A stretch of DNA of 64,000 nucleotides from Acidobacteriota bacterium. GTDB taxonomy: Bacteria; Acidobacteriota; UBA890; WLXD01. Each line of letters opens with the position of its first letter. The first letter of the stretch is position 1. The translations under genes were made by a program, and so were the position numbers. The notes under the pieces were generated by a model, which was not told the DNA's origin, ran no database searches, and saw only the letters and a list, made by a program, of their open reading frames with translations. Below, in pieces: positions 1 to 9,978 of this stretch. The stretch is from assembly GCA_963666215.2 (NCBI GenBank), contig CAXWPL010000002.1, positions 96,001 through 160,000 of the forward strand, read 5' to 3'.

Positions 1-105
1 TCGCTCGAGGCGGAGCCCGGCACTTATGTGCTCGAGCTCACCCTGCTCGACCAGATCCTCGGCTACCGGACGATCTACCGAGATGACCTCGAGGTGACAC
101 GCTAG
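1..105 (+). CDS. 3' end of an unidentified protein (partial)
   Basis: Frame 1 is open from the window edge (SLEAEPGTYVLELTLLDQILGYRTIYRDDLEVTR) to TAG at 103-105, with GC-rich codon usage. Confidence 0.55.
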   Translation, partial: SLEAEPGTYVLELTLLDQILGYRTIYRDDLEVTR

Positions 106-208
106 TCACATAGTTGGAGCGCGGGCGGGTGGCTCGACCTGCTCACGCGCTCCAGCAGTAGAATCTTCCAGCGCCGCCGGCTCGCGCTAGCGCGCTGCTC
201 GGCCTGAG

Positions 209-1291
209 CTAGCGCGCGGCCGGCTTGGGTCGACGCGTCACGGTGGCGGATCGTTGTGCGCCGATCGATGGCCGGCGCCGCCGTTGGCCCGCGGTCGTGC
301 TGTGAGCCTGCCGTTCGGCGATACGACGTAGGTCGTCCCAGTTGCTTTCGAGGGTGTGCAGCTCTTCACGGAAATCGACGTCGATCGCGATGCCGCCGTG
401 GTGCAGGGGCACGAGACGCACGCCACGCTCGGCCTTGAGGATTTGTGTGCCGTAGCTCTGCATTCGCTGCGCGCGCACACGTCTCGCGAGCCATTCCTCG
501 GCACCCTCCGCCACGCGACCGATGAGCCCGCCGCGTCGCGCCACCTTCTGCAGTTCCTTGGCGAGATAGAGCACGAGGGCGTCGACCAGAGCCATGGGGG
601 AGCGTCGTCCGAGCAGATGGATGAGGCGACCCAGCAGCCCGACGAACGAGCCGAAACGCTCGAGCTTGCGAATCGCGTACATCTCGTCGAGCACCTTGAG
701 TCGATGCAACCTCGATGGCACCGCAAGATTCAGTCCACTCACTCGTCCGTTCATCTCGCGCATGTGCACCGAGGTGCGGTCGGAGTACGGGCGGAAGTCG
801 CGGTAGGCGCTGCGAAGCGCAATGCCATGGAAGTAATCTGCCTGGTCGAGCATGCCTGCAGCTTCGCTGAGGAAGTCATCGAGCGCCGCGGGTGTGTTCA
901 AGGGATGATCGCCGAAGACCACGAGAACGGGCTCGTCGGCAGCCGGTTGTACGGCGTCGTACGCGGAAGTCAGGTTGGTGACGATCGTCGATCCCGGCGC
1001 CTGGGGTAGCGGCTCGAAGTGATAGCTATCGGGAATCCGAGCCAGCGACTCGTCGGGCGCGAGGACCCAGATCCGATGCAAGCCACACTCCTCCAGCCAG
1101 TCGAGCACGTACTCGATCACCAGCCGGCTGCGCAGCGTCAGGAACGCCTTGTTTTCGAGCGGGACCTCGGTCTCGCCGCGCTGACGACGCTGCTCGCGGC
1201 TCCGCCGCCGACGCTCCGACACCGGATTCGAGCCGGCGAGAACCAGAACCTTGAGATCGGCTGTAAAGGGGTGGGGCAGGCTGCTGCTCAT
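209..1291 (-). CDS. NTP transferase (MobA-like nucleotidyltransferase) domain protein
   Basis: N-terminal VLVLAGS...NKAFL...VIEYVLD and VFGDHP motifs. ATG at 1291 is preceded by TATAAT. Confidence 0.65.
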   Translation of the reverse strand: MSSSLPHPFTADLKVLVLAGSNPVSERRRRSREQRRQRGETEVPLENKAFLTLRSRLVIEYVLDWLEECGLHRIWVLAPDESLARIPDSYHFEPLPQAPGSTIVTNLTSAYDAVQPAADEPVLVVFGDHPLNTPAALDDFLSEAAGMLDQADYFHGIALRSAYRDFRPYSDRTSVHMREMNGRVSGLNLAVPSRLHRLKVLDEMYAIRKLERFGSFVGLLGRLIHLLGRRSPMALVDALVLYLAKELQKVARRGGLIGRVAEGAEEWLARRVRAQRMQSYGTQILKAERGVRLVPLHHGGIAIDVDFREELHTLESNWDDLRRIAERQAHSTTAGQRRRRPSIGAQRSATVTRRPKPAAR

Positions 1292-1300
1292 AGACGATCG

Positions 1301-1306
1301 ATTATA
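1301..1306 (-). promoter_or_regulatory. -10 box TATAAT, 9 nt upstream of ATG (probably leaderless)
   Basis: Minus strand reads TATAAT-CGATCGTCT-ATG; no Shine-Dalgarno. Confidence 0.55.
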
Positions 1307-1419
1307 GCTGTAGTGGGCGTGCGAGCGACGGAGGCAGGGGAGCCCGATGGCCGGAGACCCCGCAGAACCCGTTGCTAGCTCGGCGGGGTGACTCGCCGCC
1401 TGAACCCGGAGAAGGGTCG

Positions 1420-2145
1420 CTAGGCTCGCCTGGCGGGACGCTTGCTGCGCTGGGCGAGGATCTCTCGCGTCGAGCACGGCGCTCGCTGGATCTCACACGC
1501 CTCGAACGGCGACAGCATCAGCTTGGTTTCTGCGTCCACCCAGGCGTCGGGAAGGCGCGGCGCGGTATCGCTCGATCGGATACGCAGTTGCTGACGGTCG
1601 TGGATCTCGAACTGTCGCCGCATCTGGAGCTGCGCATCGCTGTCGACAAAAACGGCGTGCAGCAGGCCTCCAGGTAGCAGCAAGCGGTGACACTCTCGTG
1701 CGTACTGCTGGGCCAGCACGAACGGCAGACGCTCGAGCACGTTCCAGGCGCAGATCGCCGAGAAGCCGCGGTCCTCGAAAGGTAGGCCCCGTAGCTTGAC
1801 CTCGTCTTTCGAAAGCGCTGCCGGACTCGAGGGCAATCGTTGCAGACGTTGGATCTCGTGCATGAACAGGTCGAAGCAGGTGACTTCGAAGCCACGCTCG
1901 GCCCAAAAGCGCATGTTCGCGTTACTGGTTGCACCGAGGTCGAGAACTCGAGCCGGCGGGCGATCTGGCTGCAATCCGCGGCTCATGCGCCAGAACAAAC
2001 GCGACGTGTACGCGCGGTTGGGCAGCAGCTCTGTTTGCTTCCGCGGCGGCGCCGCGGGTGCAGATGACTCGGATGTGGCGAAATCACGAAGCCGGAGGTC
2101 GCGGTCTCCCTGCCGCGGGTTCAACCGGCCAACCAGACGCGGCAT
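1420..2145 (-). CDS. Class I SAM-dependent methyltransferase-like protein
   Basis: RVLDLGA motif I, LPFEDRGFSAICAW, and ECHRLLLPGGLL. Confidence 0.7.
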   Translation of the reverse strand: MPRLVGRLNPRQGDRDLRLRDFATSESSAPAAPPRKQTELLPNRAYTSRLFWRMSRGLQPDRPPARVLDLGATSNANMRFWAERGFEVTCFDLFMHEIQRLQRLPSSPAALSKDEVKLRGLPFEDRGFSAICAWNVLERLPFVLAQQYARECHRLLLPGGLLHAVFVDSDAQLQMRRQFEIHDRQQLRIRSSDTAPRLPDAWVDAETKLMLSPFEACEIQRAPCSTREILAQRSKRPARRA

Positions 2146-2148
2146 CCG

Positions 2149-2535
2149 CTAGTTGCCACCGACAACGGAGAACCGAGCCGACGCCATGACCGCCGGTTCG
2201 AGTGGTCGTCCGTCGGAACGCCGCAACTCGGCGCGCAGTTCGTGCTCGCCTCGAGCCAGTCCCTTGAACGTGAAACGCTCGGAGTAGCTCTTGACCGCGG
2301 GCAGTGAGTCGATGCGCAGGAGCAAGTAGGCGCCGGAGCGCGACCGAGATCCGAGCTCAACCCCCACCACCTCGGTACGCACGGTGACGTCCGGGCCAGA
2401 TATGGAGCTGCCGTCTTCGGGCTGTACGATTTGCAGGGAGGGCTGCGGTAGAGGCGAGGCCGCAACCGTCGCCAGGCTTGCCATCAAGCAGACAGCAAAA
2501 GGCACTTTCGATCTGTGCGAGTCGCACCAGATCAT
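2149..2535 (-). CDS. Small secreted beta-sandwich (Ig-like) hypothetical protein
   Basis: GGGAGGG RBS before ATG 2535, signal-like N-terminus, SLQIVQPEDGS...GLARGEHELRAEL pattern. Confidence 0.6.
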   Translation of the reverse strand: MIWCDSHRSKVPFAVCLMASLATVAASPLPQPSLQIVQPEDGSSISGPDVTVRTEVVGVELGSRSRSGAYLLLRIDSLPAVKSYSERFTFKGLARGEHELRAELRRSDGRPLEPAVMASARFSVVGGN

Positions 2536-2666
2536 GTTTCGCCCTCCCGTCGCATGGGGGCTCCCTTCTGGCCGGGACGAGCCCGAAGGACACACGACAC
2601 CGACAAGAATAGCAGGTCGGAGCGAGCTTCTGTCTGCAGGGCGTCAAAGGCCCGCAAAAAGCGGCG

Positions 2667-3437
2667 CTAGCGGTTGTTCGTTTCGAGGGTGGTGTTGCTG
2701 AGCATGGTCCTCAGCAACACGACTTCTTCGTTCAGCAGTCGAAACGGATCCTGATCCGCAGCCAGCCATTCCATCAGATTGAAGGAGCCGCGCATCAGCC
2801 CGGCCGGGGAGTGATCGAGCTTGTTGAGCAGGATATGCACCATCTCGTGGGCGGCTGCGCGAGCGACGATCAGCGGCGTTAGGGACGGCAGGTAGTTGCC
2901 GCAATCGGCAGGTGCGATCTGGTCGATGCCAGCGGCCGGCGTTTCGCCACGGGCCGTTGCCTGGGTGCGCTCGCGGGTAGCTTCGCGGCAGCGGAGCACG
3001 GCCTGTTGCCAGAACCACTGCGCTTGGCGATAGAAGACGAAGCAGTTGCGTCCGATGCCGTCGTCGTCGTGCGGTGCCAGGCCGATCACGTTCGAGGGGC
3101 CGTGGAACCATCGCGTGCCGTCGGAGGCGAGCAGAATGACGCGCAACTCCTCTGTGCGCAGCTCGCGCCTCGGCGACGCGTCCATCTGCCACTCCATCTC
3201 GAGCCCGGCCTGCTGTTCGAAGATCGCCTCGATCTCGCGCTGGATCGTCACCAGCTCCTCGGGATCGATGTACTGGTGATCGATCATGTAGACGATCAGC
3301 TTGTCGGTGCCCTGCTGCGGTGACGTGGCGGACGACTCGTCCTGCGTTGGCGCAGCGATCGCCGGAGATCCCACCAGCGCCGCGAACAGCGTTAGGGAGA
3401 CCAGAACCGCTCGAGTGGGACGCGTCTTGGTGGTCAA
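2667..3437 (-). CDS. Secreted hypothetical protein with zincin-like HExxH motif
   Basis: Signal peptide; AAAHEMVHILLNKLDHSPAGLM (HExxH...H plus Met). Confidence 0.6.
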   Translation of the reverse strand: MTTKTRPTRAVLVSLTLFAALVGSPAIAAPTQDESSATSPQQGTDKLIVYMIDHQYIDPEELVTIQREIEAIFEQQAGLEMEWQMDASPRRELRTEELRVILLASDGTRWFHGPSNVIGLAPHDDDGIGRNCFVFYRQAQWFWQQAVLRCREATRERTQATARGETPAAGIDQIAPADCGNYLPSLTPLIVARAAAHEMVHILLNKLDHSPAGLMRGSFNLMEWLAADQDPFRLLNEEVVLLRTMLSNTTLETNNR

Positions 3438-3589
3438 GTCGCCTGTGTCCTCATTGCGTGTGGGGAGTTCTTGACGGAGGCGCGACAGCCGAAGGACGTG
3501 CCACTATATCACCAGGTGTGCGGCACTTCGGACGCTTCTGGACCGGTTGCATCGTCCCACGATACACGACAACACAGGACGCCTCCACG

Positions 3590-4288
3590 GTGCCCTACGA
3601 AGACATTGAAGTCCTGACGTTCGACTGCTACGGCACGTTGATCGACTGGGAATCGGGGATCCTCGGCGCGCTCTCGCCGTGGGCGCGTCGACACGGCCTG
3701 AACATCTCCGACGAGCGCCTACTCGAGCTCTACGGCGAGCTCGAGGCAAAGGCCGAAGCCGACGGGTCTCGTTACCGCGATGTGCTGGCCCGGGTCATGC
3801 GCGATCTGCACGACCTGCACGGGATTCCGGCGTCTCGCGTGGCGCCCGACGACGAAAGCCTTCTGGCGGTGTCGCTGCCGTCGTGGCCGCCGTTTCCCGA
3901 CACTGTCGCAGCCTTGCGGCTGCTTGCGGCCCGCTATCGTCTTGGCATTCTGTCTAACATCGACGATGACCTGTTCGAGGGCTCGGCCCGGCAGCTCGGT
4001 GTGCCCTTCGACTGGGTGGTCACGGCGCAGCAGGTCGGCAGCTACAAGCCGTCGGAGGGCAACTTCCACGCTCTCCTCGAGCGGGTGGGCGGCGACAGCC
4101 GACGCATCCTGCACGTTGCGCAGAGCCTCTATCACGACATCGGTCCGGCGCGAGCCGTTGGCTTGCGTACCGTCTGGGTGAACCGGCGTGGGGCCAAGCC
4201 GGGTAGCGGAGCGACGCCAGCGTCGAGCGCGCGCCCCGATGCTGAAGTTGGCAGTCTGGCCGAGCTCGTCGAGCACCTGGGACTGTAG
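3590..4288 (+). CDS. HAD-superfamily hydrolase (haloacid dehalogenase type II-like)
   Basis: FDCYGTLIDWE motif I, LSNID, SYKP, LHVAQSLYHDI. Confidence 0.9.
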   Translation: MPYEDIEVLTFDCYGTLIDWESGILGALSPWARRHGLNISDERLLELYGELEAKAEADGSRYRDVLARVMRDLHDLHGIPASRVAPDDESLLAVSLPSWPPFPDTVAALRLLAARYRLGILSNIDDDLFEGSARQLGVPFDWVVTAQQVGSYKPSEGNFHALLERVGGDSRRILHVAQSLYHDIGPARAVGLRTVWVNRRGAKPGSGATPASSARPDAEVGSLAELVEHLGL

Positions 4289-4354
4289 ATCGGGGAGACG
4301 GGAGGAACGGCGCTCGGCGCGTGGTCGAGCCGGCGCTCGGCGATCCGGCCCGCC

Positions 4355-4390
4355 GGTCATCCGGGTGATCCGCGTCACCCGGGTCATCCG
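4355..4390. repeat. Imperfect 9-bp tandem repeat (GGTCATCCG-like, about 4 units)
   Basis: ggtcatccg ggtgatccg cgtcacccg ggtcatccg between convergent genes. Confidence 0.55.
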
Positions 4391-4731
4391 ACTACGGAAA
4401 CGCCGTCGGTCTCCCATAGAAGGTGCTGGTCGCGACGGATGCCGCTGTGGATCGCGCCTTCGACGATGTCGATGCCCTTCTTGAAAATGAGCGTCGCCAG
4501 CGCGCCGGTGTCGATGACCTGATGCTTGCTGAGCACCCCGGCGTCGATTCGCAGCTCCAGCGCGAACGACGCACCGTCGTCACGAGTGACGTCGAACGAG
4601 CAGATCGAGTCGTCCGGATCCTCGTTCTCTTCCGGAGCGTGCCAGGTGGGCAGCCGGTAGCGAATTCGGAACGTTTCCTGAGTCGTGCCGTCGACGAAGA
4701 TCCACGGCAGCTTGGCTGGAGCATCACTCAT
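4384..4731 (-). CDS. Hypothetical protein
   Basis: Fills the gap with protein-like composition and GC3-biased codons. Confidence 0.65.
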   Translation of the reverse strand: MSDAPAKLPWIFVDGTTQETFRIRYRLPTWHAPEENEDPDDSICSFDVTRDDGASFALELRIDAGVLSKHQVIDTGALATLIFKKGIDIVEGAIHSGIRRDQHLLWETDGVSVVG

Positions 4732-4834
4732 CGAATGCACACGTAGGTGGGGTCAGGCCACAGTTTGCTGGAGATGGCGGCGGCCCAGCTTATCACCGCC
4801 GCTGCGGCGGGTCAGGTGGGCTCCTTCGCGGGTA

Positions 4835-6109
4835 TCAGGCCGCTCGCATCAAACGAAATATCGTGGCGTAGTCGGGCTTCTTACCCACCATCAACAACGC
4901 GAAACGGAAGATCTTCGCGGCCGCCCAAACGGAAAGCGCAATGCCCGCAACCAGCAGCACGATGCTGAGCAGAATCTCCCAGAACGGCGGCCGCAACGAG
5001 TTGATCCGCGCCAGCATCACGAGCGGTGTGAATGGCGGGAACAGGCTGGCGATCCGCGCTGCCGTTGCCTCGGGGTTGGTGGCGGCGTAGAAGCTGATCA
5101 TGAGCGCGATGATGATCGGCAGCATCGCCGGGAAGGCGACGTGACCGAACTCCTCGGTTGTCGTGCAAATCGAGCCGGCAACGGCGAAGAGCACCGAGTA
5201 GAACAGGTAGCCGAGCACGAAGAAAATCGCGAAGTACGTCAGACGCGCCGGGTCGAGCAGGTCGGTCAGATCGATGTCCATCGCCGCGGCGCCAATGGCC
5301 ATGGCCGGCAGCACATAGAGCAGCGCAATCAGCGCCGTGCCGACCCAGATTGCCAGCTGGGTGACTCCCGACCCGAGGACGCCGATGATCTTGCCGAACA
5401 TGAATTCGGTCGCGGTCACCGCACCCAGCACCACCTCGATGAGCCGCGACGCCTTTTCCTCGACGATGGAGATCCCCATCTGCTGGTCACCGATCAGCAC
5501 GGTGATGTACATCAGCATGCTGAACACCATGGTGTAGATGAGGGCTCGCCGGGGGCCGCCCTCTTGATCGCCCTGCTCGGTCACCGTCGTCGCGGGCATG
5601 GCCGACCGCATCAGGCTGCGGATGCGCTCGAGGTCGGCTGAGCTGTCTGCAAGGTAGTCCGCCAACGCAGTCTCGCGGATCGAGCTGCGGATCTCGCTGA
5701 GCACAAGCGGGTTGTTGGTATCGCGCGCGAAGCACCGGCCTGTAAGGCCGAGGTCTTCGGTGTTTTCGATGACCAGGTATCCGTCGATGTCCTCGTCGAG
5801 GACCCGTTGGGAAAACTCCTCGCGCACGGCGTCGAGGCTTTCGAGGGTGACCTGCGTGCGCTCGCTCACCGTGACCGCGAAGTCGTCGATGCTGGCCAGT
5901 CTCTCGGTGAGAACCTCCGCACGCCCGGTGCCCACGTCGAGTATTGCGACGTTCAGCTCGTCGATGCTCGAGCGGCTGAGCAGGGCACTCACGCCGAACT
6001 GCAAGCCGATCATCGCTGGCACCAGCAGCGTGGTGAAGATGAACGCCTTGTTGCGCACGCGCGCCAGATACTCGCGGCGGGCGATGGTCATGACCTGAGT
6101 GAAGTTCAT
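4835..6109 (-). CDS. ABC-2 type transporter permease (NatB-like)
   Basis: IARREYLARVR N-terminus, SIVEEKASRLIEV...GKIIG, PPFTPLVM, six hydrophobic segments. Confidence 0.9.
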   Translation of the reverse strand: MNFTQVMTIARREYLARVRNKAFIFTTLLVPAMIGLQFGVSALLSRSSIDELNVAILDVGTGRAEVLTERLASIDDFAVTVSERTQVTLESLDAVREEFSQRVLDEDIDGYLVIENTEDLGLTGRCFARDTNNPLVLSEIRSSIRETALADYLADSSADLERIRSLMRSAMPATTVTEQGDQEGGPRRALIYTMVFSMLMYITVLIGDQQMGISIVEEKASRLIEVVLGAVTATEFMFGKIIGVLGSGVTQLAIWVGTALIALLYVLPAMAIGAAAMDIDLTDLLDPARLTYFAIFFVLGYLFYSVLFAVAGSICTTTEEFGHVAFPAMLPIIIALMISFYAATNPEATAARIASLFPPFTPLVMLARINSLRPPFWEILLSIVLLVAGIALSVWAAAKIFRFALLMVGKKPDYATIFRLMRAA

Positions 6110-7059
6110 GCTGCTTCCTCGTCAGGCTGGTCGACTGCGGCAGCCTCTTCCATGCTCGTTGCCCCGACCTTTTCGAGGAAGATGTCTTCGACCGAAGGCT
6201 CCTCAACGCGGAAGGCTCGTAGCTCGACCTGCTCGAGCAGAGCACGAACGATCGCCTGGGGATCGGCGCCGTTCTCCATCTGCAATCGTGCGGCTCGACC
6301 AGAGTCATTGACCTGGCGGATCCCCTTGATACCGCCCAGCTTGGCGGGGTCGCCGGCATATTCGATTGCCAGCGTGTTGTGGCCGTAGCTGGCCTTGATG
6401 TCGGCGATCTTGCCGTTCACCACCAGCTGTCCACGGTGGATCAGGCCGATCGACTCGCACATCGCTTCTACTTGGTCCATGCGGTGCGACGACAGCACCA
6501 CCGTGCAGCCGCGGCTCTGCTGTTCGAGGATCAGCTCCTTGAGCAGCCGCGTGTTGACCGGATCGAGTCCGGTGAACGGCTCGTCCAGCACCACCAGGTC
6601 GGGCTCATGGATGACGGCAGCGGCAAACTGCACCTTCTGCTGCATCCCCTTGGAGAACTCGTTGGTCATCGACTTGGCTCGGTCGGCGAGCTCCAGGCGC
6701 TCGAGTCAGGAGTCGGCGCGCTTGTTGGCTTCCGACATCGACAGCCCGCGGATCGCCCCGAGGAACGCCAGCTGCTCCTTGACGATCATCTTGGGGTACA
6801 GGCCGCGCTCTTCGGGCAGGTAGCCCACGCGGTGGCGCAAGGAGCGTGGATCGGGCGAGCCGAGCAACCGAACCTTCCCACGATCGGGGACGTAGATGCC
6901 CAGCGTCGTGCGGATGGTGGTGGTTTTGCCCGAGCCGTTGGGGCCAAGCAGGCCGAAGATGCTGCCGGACGGGACCTCGAGGCTCAGATCGTTGACGGCG
7001 ACGAAATCGCCGAAATCCTTGCCGAGTGCTTCGGTCACGAGCGCGGAATCGTTTGCCAT
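6106..7059 (-). pseudogene. ABC transporter ATP-binding protein interrupted by an in-frame TGA at 6706-6708
   Basis: Walker A GPNGSGKTT upstream; signature FSKGMQQK and Walker B LVVLDEP downstream in the same frame; reads RADS*LERLEL. Confidence 0.8.
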
Positions 7060-7259
7060 ACGCAGCACCCTAGCTTCGCGCCGCCTCGGCCGCAATCGGC
7101 GTTGCGTCGATTGGTGCGCCCGGCGCCGCGAGCGGTTCGAGGCGCAGGCCAGTGGGGCATCGCGCACCCGAATTGTCGGCTCCACGCGGCACGGCCCGCC
7201 CGGAGCTGATGCGGGCGGGCCGTGGGGAGAGCCTGAGTTGGGTCGACTTCCCGAGTGCG

Positions 7260-7898
<639 letters not shown>

Positions 7899-8380
7899 TC
7901 AAAGCCTCCTGGGGTTGCGGTCTCGGTAATTCGCCGCCGCCGTCTATTGGCGGCGCGTTCGAAAGCGAAAAGAACACGGGCCATGCTCTCATATCCGGCG
8001 AGAGGCGGCTAGAAACGGCCTCGTCGCGGTGTTTCAGCCGCTCGCCACCCGTGCGAGGATAGCGCCACCGCGACCGCCGGTCGGCAGTCGCTCACGCTCA
8101 CGAGGAGTGCGTGATGAATCGTCTGCCGGATCTCCCGTTATTCTCGGTGGTGGCGTCTCGAAAGTCGCGGTTGGTCTTTGCCAAGACCCTGGCGCCGGGG
8201 CTTGTGGCAGGCTCGCCGTCGCCGACAGCCGTTGCCGGCGGGGCGCAGGAAGAAGGCTGGATGCCCACCAGGCGCGCCGCGGTCGAGGGGGTCGCCGCCA
8301 ACTACGCCTCTCCGCGTTCGATGAATCAGGCTGTTTGGCGCTTCGCCGAGCGGCAGCCGCGCCAGCGAGAGCACTAGGCG

Positions 8381-9898
8381 ATGAGCCAACAGGTTGGCGT
8401 CGTCGGCATGGGTGTCATGGGCTTGAACCTGGCGCTGAACATCGGCGACCACGGCTACTCGCTGGCGGTGTACAACCGCACGCAAGGGCGTGTAGATCAG
8501 TTCCTGGCGGCCGCCAGCGAAGCCTCGGCGGATAGGAGCAGCAAGATCAACGCCGTCGGTACTACCGATCTGGCCGAGCTGGTGGGGATGCTGGAGCGCC
8601 CGCGTCGCATCATCCTCATGATCAAAGCCGGGGCGCCGGTCGACGCCGTGATCGGCGACCTCATGCCGCTGCTCGACGACGGCGACATGATTGTCGATGC
8701 CGGCAATTCTCTGTATCGCGACACCGCTCGTCGCGCCGGGGAGGTTGGTGCCGCCGCCAGCTCCGACTTGGAGATTCGCTTTGTCGGCATGGGGGTGTCT
8801 GGCGGCGAAGAAGGCGCGCGCCACGGGCCGAGCATCATGCCTGGCGGTTCCCGTGCCGCCTACGAGGCGCTCGAAGAGCTGCTGCTGGCGATCGCCGCCG
8901 AGTCCGATACCGGTCCGTGCGTGACCTACTGCGGCGCCGGTGCCGCCGGCCACTTCGTGAAGATGGTCCACAACGGGATCGAGTACGGCGACATGCAGCT
9001 GATCTGCGAGTCGTACGACCTGCTGCGCAATGCCGCCGGGCTCTCGAGCGCGCGGCTGGCCGAGACGTTCGGCTCCTGGAACGAGGGCGAGCTGCAGTCG
9101 TATCTCATCGAGATCACCGCCGACATCGTGGCTTTTCCGGACGATCGTCCGACCCCAGATCCAAGGAACCAGGAGCGGCCGAGCGGCCCGTTGATCGATC
9201 GCATTCTCGACATCGCCGGGCACAAGGGAACAGGAGTTTGGACGGCGCAGGCGGCGCTCGAGCTGGGCGTGCCGGTACCGACGATCGCCGCCGCGGTGGA
9301 GGCGCGCTTCCTTTCTGCTCGAAAGACGCAGCGCGTCGAGGCCTCGGCCCACTTCCCCCAGGCCGTTGTGTCGCTGGCCAGCGCCGATCGGGACGGCGAG
9401 TGTGGCGAGGCGGAAGCGGGCGGCGCGGTCGAAGAAACACAGATCGTCGAGGACGTCCGGCAGGCGCTGTACGTTGCCAAGATCTGTTCGTACGCTCAGG
9501 GCTTTGACCTGTTGACGGTGGCCTCCGAGGAGTACGAGTACGGCGTCGACCTGGCCGAGGTGGCGCGCATCTGGAAAGCCGGTTGCATCATCCGAGCCGC
9601 CTTTCTCGACGACATCCGACAGGCCTTCGCTGCCAGCCCGCCACCCACGAATCTGCTGCTGGCGCCTCACTTTGCGGAGGCGCTGCGCCACGGCGAGCTG
9701 GCGCTGCGGCGGGTTGTTGCTTGGGGAGCGAGGTCAGGCGTTGCGGTGCCAGCATTTGCCGCCTCACTGGCGTACTTCGACAGCTATCGCCGGGCTCGCC
9801 TTCCCGCCAACCTCCTGCAGGCCATGCGTGACTACTTTGGGGCTCATACCTACCAGCGCACCGACCGCGAGGGCACGTTCCATACTCAATGGATGTGA
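8381..9898 (+). CDS. gnd: 6-phosphogluconate dehydrogenase, NADP-dependent, decarboxylating
   Basis: GMGVMG, GVSGGEEGA, GHFVKMVHNGIEYGDMQLI, QAMRDYFGAHTY. Confidence 0.97.
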   Translation: MSQQVGVVGMGVMGLNLALNIGDHGYSLAVYNRTQGRVDQFLAAASEASADRSSKINAVGTTDLAELVGMLERPRRIILMIKAGAPVDAVIGDLMPLLDDGDMIVDAGNSLYRDTARRAGEVGAAASSDLEIRFVGMGVSGGEEGARHGPSIMPGGSRAAYEALEELLLAIAAESDTGPCVTYCGAGAAGHFVKMVHNGIEYGDMQLICESYDLLRNAAGLSSARLAETFGSWNEGELQSYLIEITADIVAFPDDRPTPDPRNQERPSGPLIDRILDIAGHKGTGVWTAQAALELGVPVPTIAAAVEARFLSARKTQRVEASAHFPQAVVSLASADRDGECGEAEAGGAVEETQIVEDVRQALYVAKICSYAQGFDLLTVASEEYEYGVDLAEVARIWKAGCIIRAAFLDDIRQAFAASPPPTNLLLAPHFAEALRHGELALRRVVAWGARSGVAVPAFAASLAYFDSYRRARLPANLLQAMRDYFGAHTYQRTDREGTFHTQWM

Positions 9899-9978
9899 GC
9901 CGCTAACTCTGCCGGCATTGGGCATCCCGGGTCGTTGGGTGCGCCACCGTTCTGACGCGGGCTGCTAGCGAGGCAACC

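Noticed and set aside
6706-6708. Genome-wide TGA=Trp or selenocysteine recoding
   Set aside because: Many intact genes terminate at TGA exactly where homologs end, and the position is not a catalytic Cys site.
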